A program made the position numbers and the translations under genes. The notes under the pieces are model-generated. The model did no database searches, had not been told where the DNA came from, and was given only the letters and a program-made list of their open reading frames with translations. 64,000 bases of DNA from Lama guanicoe. Taxonomy: Eukaryota. The stretch lies in the NCBI GenBank assembly GCA_013239625.1, contig MU054908.1, positions 14,622,460 through 14,686,459 on the forward strand, read 5' to 3'. This document shows, piece by piece, positions 48,721-62,420 of the stretch (position 1 is the stretch's first letter; each line of letters starts with the position of its first letter).

Positions 48721-49744
48721 GGTTATTCTGGGCTGCCCAGAAGGGTTATTTAGTGGAGAGCGCTGAGAGCTTATAAAAGTTCTCCACCGAGGGCTAAAAA
48801 CGAGTCCAGCAGTTTTGTGTTAAATTTATTTTGGAAATGATACGATGCCTAGTATTTTTGACGGGGGGAGGAAATTAAGGATTTTGGATATTTGTAAGTT
48901 CAGTACACGATAAAATGTTTTCCTTTTCTCTCCACATTCTTTTCTGCTTCAAAACACAAATGATTGCCATGTACTTTGATAGTTATTGCTATTCGGTAAC
49001 GGAAGATAGAATTTCTAAAAGTTTAAAAACAGACTTTTATTTATCCAAGCAGTATTTTGTTATTTTGCATCTCTCTCTCTCCCCTTTTCTCCTACTCTTT
49101 CCCTTTCTCTTTTAGTAAAGGGTATGGAAGCATCTTTCTCCCTCCACAGGCAAAATAGCTCGGTCTGTGGATTAGCAGCACCCTACTGGAAAGTTTTCTT
49201 AAGACATTTGGCATTTAATTGTTGATTAGAACGCTTTATTATCGGTCCATCTTTGTATTGCAGACTGAGATTGTGACCTTTAAGTCCGGCTTCTAGAACA
49301 GAGATAGAGCACACACTGCTTATTTAAAATAATAGAGGAGTCATTTCTAGTCTTTGAGGAAAACGATGGTCTGTGTATGTAAAGTTGTGTGCTTTGAGAC
49401 TTCCTGCCATTTCACACTTTTAAGACTCTTCAGTTTGGGGCTTTTGGGTTATTACTGATTCTAGGCTCTGAAGGTTTATGGTATATTTCAGTATTTGGTT
49501 AAAGATCGTTTTAAGATTTTCCATGCTACATTTTAGTTTGTGGATGAATTTGAAAGTCAAATAGAAACTTTAAAAAACCTATTTATTGAACGTTTTAATT
49601 CTTGCGTACACATTTATAAAATTATAGAATTGATTAACATGGTCTGTAATACATTTAAGTTCATCTCTTTATGAACCATAGGCATTATTTAGGAGGTTAT
49701 TCTGAGTTGTTGATCTTTGTTAACCTGTAGAATCCATGCTTTTA

Positions 49745-49905
49745 AATTTTTTCCAGCTTTATTAAGATATAATCGATATATAACACTGTAAGTTTAAGGT
49801 GTACAACTTGATTTGATATACATATAAATTGCAAAATGATTACCACGGTAAGATTAGTTAATACATCCATCACCTCATATAATTACCTTTGTGTGTGTGG
49901 GGGGT
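49745..49905 (-). mobile_element. L1 (L1MA8/9-like) 3' end running into a gap
   Basis: CAGCTTTATTAAGATATAAT...TTTAAGGTGTACAAC...ACATCCATCACCTCA. Confidence 0.88.
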
Positions 49906-50299
49906 NNNNNNNNNNNNNNNNNNNNNNNNNNNNNNNNNNNNNNNNNNNNNNNNNNNNNNNNNNNNNNNNNNNNNNNNNNNNNNNNNNNNNNNNNNNNNNN
50001 NNNNNNNNNNNNNNNNNNNNNNNNNNNNNNNNNNNNNNNTCAACACATCCCCAGAATTGTTTCTTTGAAATCATTGGCACTTCAGTATGTCAGCACATAT
50101 TTTTACACTTTAAAAATAGACTCTGGGACATTTTGAAAATTGAGAATTGGAACTAAGTGTTGGACATTTTTCTGCCCTTACCAAATACTGGCTGAGATGG
50201 CATGATTTCACTGATTTCTTTCAGGAATGTTATTGAAGTACACAGACTGTGTTATGTTTTTACCTTGTTAATACAGGTTATTATATGCATTTATTATAG

Positions 50300-50530
50300 G
50301 AACTATTTATTAAACATTTATTCTGGGCCAGAAGCAATGCTATACATTATTCTATTTATATCTCACATTAACTTGGCAAAGAAGACATCATCTGGTTCTA
50401 CAGGTAAAGAGACTGTGCCTCTGAGAGATTAAGTAACTTACCAGTGGTTATGTAGCTATTAAGTGACTCAGCTGGAATTTAAGGCCAGACATCTCTAAAG
50501 TCTGTATTCTTCTCTTTGTGCCACACTGAC
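50300..50530 (-). mobile_element. MIR SINE
   Basis: TACAGGTAAAGAGACTG...GAGAGATTAAGTAACTTACC. Confidence 0.7.
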
Positions 50531-51079
50531 ATGGTGCCAGGGCATGAGGAATAACCCTTAGTTACTTGTTAGCATATTTGTAAATTTTCCAAGACATGCC
50601 AGAGATATGGGTTCATTTTTCCAGCATGATCATTACTGTCCGTCTGTGTTGTTGTACAGATCCTCATGTCAGCCATTCTTCTCTCACCTGGCTATTCCTG
50701 GTTAAATGTTTAGCTCCCTCCCTCTTGCCTGGGCAGAATTTCTCCTACTGACATTAATAGGTAGTGATAGTTTAATTATCCTTCAAAAATAATAACCCCA
50801 TTTTAATGTGGGTTCTCTAGAGCCATGGATATAACTAATTCGAAATGTCACAAACAGGATGGCAATCTATTTGGGAATGTGGGACCCCTTTTATATATCT
50901 CAAATTAAACCAGAAGATATTTTGATAGGCATTTCCTTATGCAGTTAACCCACCCCTTCTGCATCTTCAATTCCAGTTTCTAGGGAATCATTTACATTAT
51001 AATACATTCTGTTATGTCTCCCATCTTAAATTTTTTTCTTGATCCAGTATTCTGCCCCATTTCTCTGCTCCACATTGAG

Positions 51080-52900
51080 AAGGCATAATTTTTTGATAGA
51101 ACAAAAATATGAGAGAGATAACCAGAAACTATATTAGTTACCTATAGGGGCTGGGTAGGAGCTGAATAAAAGGACTGGTGGAGGGAATGGCACTGCTCTG
51201 ATTATACCTGTTTGTGTAGTTTTGAGTTCTGGAAACTTGTTAATGCTTTATATGTTCAAAAATGAAATTAACAAGGCTGGGAGAAGAAACCTTCCAAAAC
51301 TGAATACAAATAGCAACAGATGAATCAACTGTATTTTAATGACTAACATAAGCTCTTAGGAAAAAAATGAATCCAGGTAAGTTTTTAACACAGGACTTCG
51401 ATTATATACCTTTAATCTAAAGATGAAAAACACTGCCGAAAAGAAAAATACAAAAAACTTTGAGGTTTGTGTAGTAGGCTGTTATTTATAGTGGTAGAGT
51501 TACAGCAATTCTGAAACTATATTGTGTGTGCTGTAGGACTGAGCAAATTCATTGCTATTTTGGGAGCTAGAGTTTTCTCTGTAGGAGAAGGGAAATAAAA
51601 ATATGAAACAGAAGAAGGCAATGAAGAACTCTGTGGTGTTGGATTGGAATTAGAGTTATCCATATGAACTCATGGTTAAAATACACATACACACATTCAT
51701 ACATACATGCATATAATTCCTAGCTCTGTCTGAGGAAAGGGCCTAGGAGCAGTGACACCCTAGTAGCAGTGAGCACAACCAGTGCCCAGGTCTAAATGGC
51801 TGGTTCCAGAGCTGAGGAAGGGAAAGAATAAGATCGGCCTAGAACACAAAGTAAGGAAATATTAAAAAAAAAATTATGGCGCATGTCAAAAGGACATTGG
51901 AACTAGCTTGAATGGCCAAATCTGGGAAAGTCTGAGCACCAAAATGAATAGCGATAGTAACAAGTTATAACCTATTGAATAAAATCAGAATCCACAAGTT
52001 CATAATAAATAAATAAAGTAAGGAAAAGGGGAAAGCTCTTCCCAGTAGACTGCCAATAAAAATGTGAAGAAACAATAGAGTTAGAAGAGTCACCAGTTGC
52101 AACCATCATGGTGATTTTAATTCAGGCAGGTGTTACCAAAGGAGAAAGTTTGATGGGGAAAAGGATATTAATACAGTTTCTCATGATCTCTCTAGAGATA
52201 ATGACCAAGGGGAAGACAGTGACTTCACAGTGGAGAAATCTGGCAGACACAACCTCAACCAAAGTTAGCATCACCAACAGTGGAATAAACATGTTCCTCT
52301 TGATGTGCTTGAACAAGGGGCATCATTACTTTTCTGTAGTATTTCTCAAATGCATAACCAAAATCTGATCATGGGGAAACAATTGAGGGACCTCAGTTGA
52401 GGATTGTTCTACCAAGTGACTGGCTTTTACTCTTCTAGGATATTAATGTTATGAAAGACAAAGAAAGACAAGAGGAACTATTTCAGTTTAAAGGAATTTC
52501 AAGAGACCTGCCAGTTAAATGCAGTACATAAAATCCTGGATTGGATCTTGGGCTGGAAAATCCAGTTGCTCTAAGAACGTTATTGGGACATTGGCAAAAT
52601 CTAAATATGTACTGAATACTAAATAATAATGTTGCATCAGTGCTAGGTTTCCTGATAATTTGATAATTGTACTGTGTAAGAAAATGCCCTTGTTCTTAGA
52701 AGATACACAGTGAATTATGTAGGAGTAAAGGTTCAAAATATCTTCAATTTACTCTCAAATGAATAAGCAATAGTAAATATTACATATAGAGAGTAATAGA
52801 GCGGATGTGGCAGATGTTAATGATTGGTGAATCTAGGTGAAAGGAATAAGAGTATTTACTAAATTTTTCAATTTTTAAGTTTGAAATTTCAAAAAATGGA
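51080..52900 (+). mobile_element. Old L1 3' region (L1MC4-like) inserted in L2
   Basis: CCTAGCTCTGTC...GGGCCTAGGAGCAGTGACACCC, ACAGTGGAGAAATCTGGCAGACAC and TTGGTGAATCTAGGTGAA. Confidence 0.85.
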
Positions 52901-52919
52901 AAGTAGAACTTCAAAAAAT

Positions 52920-54022
52920 AATAAAGCTACTTTGAGTCCAAAAGTCTTTCAAGGATTCCATGTGGGCTGCATCTCCTCAACTCCTCGTCTCCCATCTTCT
53001 TCTGAACCTACTCCAGAGACCTATCCTTCCTATGCCCCAGAGCCATTCTTCCCCGTCGTCCCTCACCAGGAATGTCAGTCTTGCCAAAGTAGCTCTTACA
53101 GCCACATTTGACACAGGTGAGAGAACTCCTTCCTTATAGAAGCATTTTTTTCCCTTGGCTGCTGGGACATTGATTTTCGTCCTGCCTCACTGGCTATGGC
53201 TTCTTATTCTTCTCTAGCTCAGTAATGGTATCACCATCCATTGTTCAGTTGTTCAGTTTGAAACTCCAAAGAGTTGTCCTTACTTCCCCTGATTGACGCT
53301 TCCTACATCTGTTCCTCCATTGGCAAGTATTATGGGCTCTGACTTAGTTATTCCATATTTGTCTACCTCTAGTGCGACTACCCTTGTGTCAAACCATCTT
53401 GTCACAGACTACTGCAGTAGCACCTAACCGGTCTTTCAGCTTCCAGTCTCTGTCCCGTAGCAGCCAGCATAAGCTTTAAAAGGTCTGAATCAAGTCAGAT
53501 TATATCTCTCAGTCATCAGAGCTCATCCCTGTTGGGTAAAATCTGAAGTTTTTATTATGGTCAAGAGGCCTTGGTGATTACATGGTTGGGCTCCTGCCCA
53601 CCTCCCTAGTAGTATCCTCTGCTTTGCTTACTCCCCTCCAGCCTTACTTTCCTCTCTCCTGTTGATTTAGTTTGCCAGGTTGGTTTCTGCCTCAGGGCCT
53701 TTGCATTGACTGTTCCTTGTGCTTGGCATGTTCTTCCCCCACTGAAGGCATGGCTCATTCACTCCTTTCATTCAGGTCTTTACTTAGATTAATTTATTAC
53801 CCTCTAATTTCCTGGTCACCCTCTAATTTCTTGCAAGTTTTTTCCCCCTGAACACTTAACCTGTACTTGATATTATTACTTATTCACATGCTTTATTATC
53901 TTCTAGACAGATGTGGTATGAAGCACCATGACCACGGGGAAACTTGTTTACTGCTGAATCCCTAGTGCCTGGACTATTCAGGCCTGTGGTTGGAACTCAG
54001 ATATTTGTTTAATGAATGAATA
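52920..54022 (+). mobile_element. L2 LINE 3' portion with terminal AATG repeats
   Basis: TTTCTGCCTCAGGGCCTTTGCATT, CATGGCTCATTC and GATATTTGTTTAATGAATGAAT. Confidence 0.85.
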
Positions 54023-57000
54023 TATGTGTGAATTAATATTTGCCAACTTTCTGGCTGTACTTTATCGAATGCTCTTGCAAATGGAGGATGCTGTCTCACA
54101 GAATCCCGTAACTTGAGTGCTGCTTGAAATTTTTCGGTGACACTGCTACAGGTTTCCTGGAAGCTAACAAGTAAGTGATCAGCTTTGTGTTTCGGGACTT
54201 CATCTCTCTTTTGTCTGCTCTCTGGTGGAGTAGTAAGTGGAAGGTGAGAGGGTCAATAGGAAGAAATAAAAATGGATGAACTTTGGTCACAAACTGGGTA
54301 ATTAACTTTTAAATTACAGAGATTTGAAAATTTTAATTTTAGGTAAGTCTCAAAATTAACCATAATAAGACTGGGAAGAAAACAGGCAGTAGTTAGATTT
54401 AAAGAGATACCTGGCTTATGATGAAAAGTAAAACTTTTTAGCTCCACAGTGTTTTGATTACTTAAAATAATTTCTGCCTGAATATACTTCTTTCTCGTAA
54501 AATATTTTTAACATTTTTCCATCTTTAGTTCAAAGGCATCTTTTCTCAACTGTAGAAATAATTTCAGCTAACCTTTGTTGACTTTTCCAGTTGTCAGCAT
54601 ATGCCAGGGGAAAAGCCAGTATTCAAACCCCAAGAGTTGGGTAGTAGAGGCGCCCTCTTAATGATGGTACTTCACTGCAGCCTTCCTACTGATGTCCTGT
54701 GGGTGGTACAGTTACCAGAGAATTTCCTTTGGTGCTATAGTTGTGAACAGAAAATTCTCGATAAGTTCACAGCATGTATTCCTCAATACCATCTTCCTAG
54801 TGTGCATTGTTGGAGAGCCTTTTCTCCCAGAATTGCTGGGAACTATATCTTACTTAATCTGTTTTGAAGTAGAAATCACATTAAATGATTTCAACACTTG
54901 TATACTATTGACTTGCTAAAATAAAATTTCTCTTAATGTCCGTATTTAATATTTAAGGCAGTATACAGCTTAAATTGTTTTTCCGGTTTTGCCTTTAGCT
55001 CTCCAATTGATTTACATTTGTAATTTTTTGTTATGTAAAGTTTGATAATGACTGTACTTATATATTCATTCTTACCTCTTCAAAAGATACCATGTTTTTA
55101 GACGCTTTGCTGTCTCTTCTTCATCATCTAACTTGTAATATATTTGTAGCTATAGAGAAATTGATAGAATGTGTACATTAAAGTGAAAACACAACTTTGG
55201 GAGGGACAAAGATGAGGACAGTGGTCCCTGTGCTCAAAAAGCCAGTAACCTCTGGGCTCTTACATAGGAATTTTTGGTATTTTTGAGGCATGAGGTATAT
55301 GACATTTAACAATGGCTTGACTTTGTTTTTTTCCCCTTCAATTTTTATGAGTTTGCCACCTAAACACCTTTACCCAGGAATTGTTTAACATAAGAAAATT
55401 GGGAGTTAACTGTTTGTGAAATTAAAAACCCATTAATGCAGCTTAAGCTGAATGAGGCTTTGTTGTCCAACTGGCATGTGACATAGATTATACATTGTAT
55501 TTAGAATAATTAACAAGGCTTATAATGATTGGTTTTTATAAGGAAACAATTTGAAACATTTTTTGCTGTCTAAACTTCTATAAATTAAATTATACATTTA
55601 CGTTGAAAAATAGTAGACAGCTAATTACTTAAGGAAGTTGAAATTCATCAACAAAGGATCTTCATTATGTGTTTTGCTTACTAAATGGGCCTCCAGGGAA
55701 GCCGTTGGTGGGAAATAAACCTTTTGAAAAATGTGATCTCCTTGTCATTTGGTGTAAAAAGCAAAAGCAGTTGGTATTTAAAATTTTTTAAACTTAGATG
55801 TTAGTTTTCATGCTTATATGTTAACCTTTATCTAAGGGAATTAAATTTTATCAACAAGGGGTTTCATTATGTCTATTAATTAGTATGGTGACACTAGGGA
55901 AGCTTTTAGGGGGAAAAGAAATTTAAAACCACACAAAGACTCCTCTGTGCCTGGAGATATGAAAAAGAAGGGAAGTGTTGGTATGTAAAATTCCCCCATG
56001 TTTATGTGCTAACTAATCTTTTCATGAGGGACTATCTTTGTATGCTTTCTAGGGATGATGGTGAGACAGGTAGTGAAGGGATGGTGAAGCATCAGGAGTA
56101 ATGTGTGTTTCCTTCAGGCTGCTGAGGAGGAGTACTGGTGCCTGTGGTCGTAAGTGCAGGATGAAAACATCAATAGGACAATCAGAGCAGTAGAATAAAA
56201 CTAAATGTGACTGCAGTGTAACTAAGTGTAACTAAAAGGGAGCGCACTGTTCAAGCCGCCTGATGGAGATCAGCCCCCTGTGACTGAGGGGTTTTGAGGG
56301 CGTTAGTGATTGGGGGGAAGCTGGGGATGGTGTTGAGTCCCACATAGCTAGTGTGGGTTATTAATTAGCTGTTGGTCTAAACACAAGACAGCAGTCCCAT
56401 GACATTTTGGTAAAGAAAGTGTGATCCTGAGTTAGCATTGGTGGATGTTCGTTCATCTCAGACCAACATCACATAAATACACTTGCTTTTTTAATTAGTA
56501 GAACCTCCAGAGTTTTATCTTGTGCCTACGCATTGTGGCTTTATGTTAGAAAGAATGAAATCTGTATTGGGAAAAAGACACTGAGTGCTATACTGTTTCT
56601 ACTTATTATTGATAACTTTTAACATATTTTACTTTCATTAAAACTGGGAACACAGGGAATTATAGCTACTTTTCTATGAATATGTTAATTACACAACGCA
56701 CATTTTGTGCTGTCAAGCCAGCTCAGCAAATGAGCTAGATCATGATTAGTGCCTGTTAGTTACTCATACAAATTTGTTGGGTGAAATTCTAATATCCTCT
56801 GTTGTCCTATTTTCACCCTTTAGTGGTGAGATTCATTAAAAAAGTTTTTGGACATAACCAAGTCTGGTAAGTTTAAGGTGTTGTTTCTGGTAAGACAGAA
56901 GCAAATTGCATGACTTTAAAGGGTGTAAGACTGTGTGACTTAGTGATATAGAGATGAACCACACATGATCCTATCAAAAAAAATCCAAGAGGTGATAATA

Positions 57001-58481
57001 CTTGAATAGAGTCACATGAGAAAAGACAGGTGCCAAAGTTATGATCTGTCATTTACATAATCATAATTTATTTTCCTAACGTTTGTTCACAAAGCCTTAG
57101 AAATGCTAAAACTAGAGGCGTCTCAATTTAGAGAAAGTAGTTTGAAGACTAATTAAAAGGAAATACCCTGCTATTTTACATAGCTGACAGTGATTTTATA
57201 GAACTGGTTACTTTAAGAGGTAGTACAGCTAAAAATACAAGCACACTGAAAATGGTTTCAGTGAATTCCAGACAGTGGTTTCAGAATGTATTGCATTAAG
57301 TTTAAGGGAGATCCTTAGTATGTTCAGTCACATTCTCATGAAACATTTGGTTTTGGTGACATAACACTCTAAATATGTACCCTGTTGTAGCACTTACATC
57401 CTAATATAATTATTCTTACTTACCTTTCTCATGAGAAGACGAACTTTGCTGATTGGGTGGGTCAGTTCCAGTGCCTGGTGCAGGGTAGGTGTTAAATACA
57501 CATTTGTTGAGTGGAAGAGTAAACCATATGATGATTTGAACTGACAGTAGTGGTGATAATCCTCATTTCTTATGTACGTTAGGGCTGTGGATAAAAATAA
57601 TGGGAAGTGCAGGAAGAAAACTCTTTTTCTGAAAGCTTTCCCAAAATGTTGACTGGAAAAAAGCTAAACCTATTCATTTAAAGCATCCATTGTATCTCTA
57701 TATATGTATGTGGTCACTTAAAAAGGATACACTAAATTTAAAACATGTACTCTGCATCAGGGTTTCATGTAGTTCCTGATATTGCAGTAATTTTAGGTTT
57801 TGTTAGCATTGCCTCAAAGACTTCTTCCCCTTTTCCCTTTTCTTGATTTAGAAGATAATTAAATTTTTTTAATTTAAAAATTAAACTTAAAGAACTTTTG
57901 TTTAAACATTTGGCTTTTATAAATGGCAGATAGTCTTAAACACTGCAGATTTCACAGAGATTTAATTTATAACACACAAGTGTAAAAAATGTGTAGGAAT
58001 GAGACAACAGAATCTATTTACTTTTAGTTCCGTGAATTCCTATTCTTTCTTAACATTTTTTTATGCATGACATTTTATTGGGTCATGGAATTTACCATCT
58101 CGGTTTACATTTCTGCAATGATGACATAGCCTGTTCAGTGACAGAACTCCAGATTATTATACGAAGTGTTCACCTCAAACGGATTTGTTTAATGATACCT
58201 GGATAAGAAGCTTGTCTTCCAGATGACTGATTTATGACTTTGTAGGGGCTGAACCTCTTGTGCTTTTTGTTATGTAAACTTAAACAGAGATTAAAAAAAT
58301 AAATAAATGGAAGTCAGTTTTAGCATTTCAGAATCCTGGTTCCTTTTTTAGTTAATTCTGAAGATACACGAAACACTATTTCCTTCGTGGATGTTTTCTC
58401 ATATACTTCGCTGCTTTAATAAAGGTTAATGCATTTAAGCCTTAAGTTAAAAAATTTGTTTTCAAGTATCTCTCTTTTTAG

Positions 58482-58519
58482 GTGACATGGGTATTTCAAA
58501 ATAGAAGATAACTTGGCTT
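58482..58519 (+). other. Putative 38-nt 5'UTR exon containing a short uORF
   Basis: Acceptor TCTCTCTTTTTAG|G and donor CTT|GTAAGT in non-repetitive sequence; ATG GGT ATT TCA AAA TAG at 58487-58504. Confidence 0.5.
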
Positions 58520-59106
58520 GTAAGTTGTTCTTTCCAGTCCTGTGTTTATTTCATTTTTATATTTCTTTAAGGGCAAAGTGAGACCAAATACAGGTAGATT
58601 ATTTTGAAGGAGGTATTGACTAACAAAAAAAAAAAGGAAAAAGAAAAGAAAATGAAGATTTTGCCAGATGCATTGTTTCCCTTGAAGAACGGGAAGATAA
58701 CACCTGAAATACATCAAGGAATTGTTAATGATTTCTTTGTAAAACATATCTTGTTGTGAGTGTTGAAATAGGAAATTTATACAGAAACTTCTCTTCTTTT
58801 TAATCGCCCCCTTTCTCATTCTCAAGCTGTCCTTCAGAAAAAGATGATTTTAAAAATTTGCACAATTCTGATATGGAAAATAGTTTTGCTCTATTTTAAA
58901 ACCAGTTGGAGTAGAAATGATTCCTTTCTATAATTGTATGCCATCTAATATCTTTATTTTTAAAGTATTTAGATGTTGTATTTGACCAGGAAGATAATAT
59001 AAATGCCATTTAGTTTTTTTGTTTTGTTTTTTTTAGGAACTTCTTAATGCGTGAACACATATTCTTGAACTTTCCTCCAAGCAAACAGTTTTAGACAAGA
59101 GTTTAG

Positions 59107-59288
59107 ACCTGAGGTTCTCAGATTCCAGGAGGCATCAGAATCACGTGGAGTGCTTGTTAAACACAGCTTGCTGGGTTCCGCCCTGAGTTTCTGATTCTTC
59201 AGGCCTGGGAAGGGGCCAGAAGTTACGCTTCTAACAGCTTCCCAAGTGGTGCTGATGCTGCTGGTCCTCACCCTTGGAGAACCAATGA
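59107..59288. mobile_element. MER5A hAT-Charlie element
   Basis: GCATCAGAATCACGTGGAGTGCTTGTTAAA...GTTTCTGATTC...TGCTGATGCTGCTGGTCC...GAGAACCA. Confidence 0.88.
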
Positions 59289-59899
59289 TGAGGCTATTTG
59301 GTTAAATTAGTGGTTATCAACCATGTTTCGTCCCTTACACACCTGACTGATACAACATTAATAATGCCCCAATCTAGGAGTCACGGGCTTTTGGGGTGGG
59401 GATGGGCAAGGTGCAGTTGGAGTGAGCCAGATATTGAAATCTTCAGGAGGTGGATGTAGTTTGAGAAAGCCCTTCAAAGATTGGATGTTTTTTCTCCTGT
59501 CCTCTCCCCCTTTGAATCTCCCTCTCTCCTCCCACCTCGTTACAGAGTCCTGGTCTGTAAGTGAGGGTGCATGCGGACAGAGACGGTTCAGGTCCTCTCA
59601 GCAAACTTAGAGAGCCTCTAGAATCAGGGAGGAAGCCTCAGTGTTTCTCAAGGAGTTGAGAGAAATAAGTGGTTGCATTTCAGCAGAACTGGGATGCTGA
59701 GGCCATGAACAGAATTCTTTCTGGTAATAAATTTATTTTCCCTTTGTATTTAAAGTATTAATGTATTATGCCTGTTGCTCCATCAACAGATAAAGATACC
59801 GGCCTGATGATTATATGATTATTTTAGCTTCTTCATTTATTTCCCTTGCTGGGCCAAATTAGCTCTGACTTAAAGTTCCAAGAATGTCTTGTAAATGTG

Positions 59900-60205
59900 T
59901 ATGATTTAATCCCTGAAACAATCCCTGGGCATAGATACTAGTGTCTCTACGGCACAGAGAGAGTTGAGGGGCAGAGAAGGTAAACAATTTCTGGCATCAC
60001 ACCCCAAGTGCAGTCAAACTCCAGCTCTGTTAAGTTGTGTGAACTTGGGTAAGGCTCATACCCTCCATAACATGCAGTTTTCTCATCTGTGAAAGGAAGA
60101 TGGCTTAGCACTTACCTTCTGTGGTTGATTTGAGGTTGTTCAGTGAGTTGCTGTGAAGAGTTGTGACCAGTGCATGGCACATAGTAAGTGCTCAATAGAC
60201 GTCAT
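59900..60205. mobile_element. Two adjacent MIR fragments in opposite orientation
   Basis: Minus-strand ATTTAATCCC...ACAATCCCT, then plus-strand CAGTTTTCTCATCTGTGAAA...TGGCACATAGTAAGTGCTCAATA. Confidence 0.75.
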
Positions 60206-60278
60206 CTCTTGGTTGGTTAAATACTGAGTATCTTTTAAAGTTCAGGGGTCATCCAGGAAATCCTCCTCTTACGTATTA

Positions 60279-60664
60279 CAGGACAAGAATCTCCTATCCA
60301 CAGTTTGAAGATCCAGAATCCTTTGAAACTGCAGGTTTCTTTCATGTATCATTTTAGTGGGAAAACCTTACGTGATTTGAACTCATTTGGTGCCACAGCC
60401 TGACTTGCGCTAACAGGAAACTGCTGCCAGTCTGCTTTCTCCCCACCTAGTTGTGACTATGCTCACCTGTTGCTGCAGAAATACTACTTTTGGATCATGT
60501 TGGTGCTGCCCCAGAGTCCAGTTGGGGTGTTTTGAAATATATGATAAATACACCTTTTCAGAATCTGAAAAACCTTTTAAAATTATCATTTTAAAATCTG
60601 TGAACTCCCAAATTCTGAAACGCATCTGGCCCTTAGGGCTTAGGGCAATAGGTTATGGACCTAT
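60279..60664. mobile_element. Ancient TcMar-Tigger non-autonomous element (MamRep434-like; name uncertain)
   Basis: Degenerate TIRs CAGGACAAGAATCTCCTATCC ... AATAGGTTATGGACCTA; internal GCTGCAGAAATA and GGTGCTGCCCCAGA. Confidence 0.6.
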
Positions 60665-62299
60665 GTGAGCATGCACTTAAATGTCTGTTTTCCTTCTTAG
60701 TCTGCAAACTCCTGGAGAGCTGGGCCTGTGTTTAATCCATGTGTAGGCCCAGTTCTTGGCACATAATAGGCATTCAGTCAGTGTTTGGTGAGAGAATGAA
60801 CTATGCCAGAACATGCCAGTTAGGTGATGGGAAACAGACTTGAGAGCGGCACCTTATTTTTCCTGGAACGGAGACAAAACAGACTGCCTTCAGTTCACAA
60901 GAGGCTGAACTGTGTTAGTTTTTGGGCACTTAAAAATGTTCCCTGTAATGAGAAATTTGGTAGCAAATTAAAAAAAAACATTAAAAAGCAAAACTTAATG
61001 CCAATACTATAGTGTCAGTACCTCTGACTTCCATTTTCCTCTCTCACCCACTCACCCCACGCAGCTCTAGATTGTTGGCTGACTTCTTGAGAAAGAAAGC
61101 CACATGGGAATATCTGTAATTGGAAGACTACTTGGGGTGGGTAAGCAAGTGTGTTTTTAAATTCTCTGGTGAGAATGATCATAAAAGCTTTAAATACCTC
61201 AACTAATTCATTATGAGTTTAGGGTTTTTTTTTTAAATAAAGTATAGGAATTATGAATCATTATTGCAAAGAGAAAACCAGAATATTAGAGAATTTAATT
61301 GTAAAATAGCAAACTTAAAATTAACTTTTCTGATGAATAGACTTCTTTTAGTAGGGAAAAGTAGTTTATGCTTTAATTTTTAAAGTACAGTTTAAATACT
61401 TTCATGCCTACATGAGCTTTCATGATCTGTATGAAAATTATTAGTAGCTAAGAAACACTCATATGGCTTTGTCTCATATAGATTAAAATAGCTGTTCACT
61501 AGCACAGCAGTATAATTGTACAGGCTACATAATGCCTTGTTTTAGTAAATTCTGTGGACATTTTAAGAAGTAGAGAGAGAAGGCTGTTTGAATTATGCAA
61601 CTGTATTTTTTTCTGTTTTATTTAGTAAATTGGCTTGAGTACAATGGCTCATTTTGATATTTGTAACTGGTACAGCTGAACTTCTAAAATGATAACTCAT
61701 GCTGCTTTCTACTCAGCTAACAATGCTTTCACTATATGATCAAGTTATTAAAAATGTGTTAAACGAATCAAATATTCATGTTGAAAAATAACTTAGTCAA
61801 GAAGTTCTAGTAATTGAAAGAACGCTATGGTTATATCAAATTAATTTCCATTAAATTATTAGTTTAAAATGGCATTAGTCAGTAATTTCAGTTATCACTT
61901 CAGGGAGTGTGAGAAACAGCTTCAATTTGATCTTGACTAAAAATCGCTGTCGGTGAAATTCACACTGTACCCTTCTGATGATTTTTTTTTTTTTGGTAAA
62001 AACAGGTAGAAATGGCTCATATTGCATACTCCTCTTTGTCTTTCCTTTCTCCCAGGAGGGAAGAAGTTTCTTAACTAACTGGCTGAAGATAGATCCTGGA
62101 AAAACAGAAATATTATAGAAATGAATTCAGGTGGGGCAGGGGAAGAGCCTACAGTGATACAGAGAAGGACTAGTCAGTGAAGTCCAAGGAAGGCCCAGGA
62201 AGTGTGGGGTCATGAAAGCCGTTGGAGTAAAGCCTGACCAAGAAGGGAGGATCATTAGCTTTAGCAGAGAGGTCCCTTGATGTGCCCTTGCAAGGAGGC

Positions 62300-62420
62300 A
62301 AAGCAGAGTGGTTGAGAGACTGGGTTCCAGAGTCACACACACCTGGATTCAATTCCCAACTCCACTTCTATTCTTAGGCAAGTTATTTAACTTAAGGCTC
62401 GGTTTCTTTTCGTCTCTTTT
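62300..62420 (+). mobile_element. MIR SINE 5' part
   Basis: AGTGGTTGAGAG...CCTGGATTCAATTCC...GGCAAGTTATTTAAC. Confidence 0.75.

Noticed and set aside
47819-48753. Long overlapping ORFs (up to 240 aa) in the CpG island
   Set aside because: Low-complexity R/G/A/P-rich products, mostly with non-ATG starts; expected from stop-codon scarcity in GC-rich DNA.
57244-57263. Hairpin CACTGAAA-ATGG-TTTCAGTG (and a similar one near 43340-43368)
   Set aside because: Stems of about 8 bp are expected by chance in 64 kb and are too short for a pre-miRNA.
58482-58519. Assignment to ARHGAP12 based on its short non-coding exon 2
   Set aside because: The large coding exon expected shortly downstream is absent from the ORF track, so no gene symbol was given.
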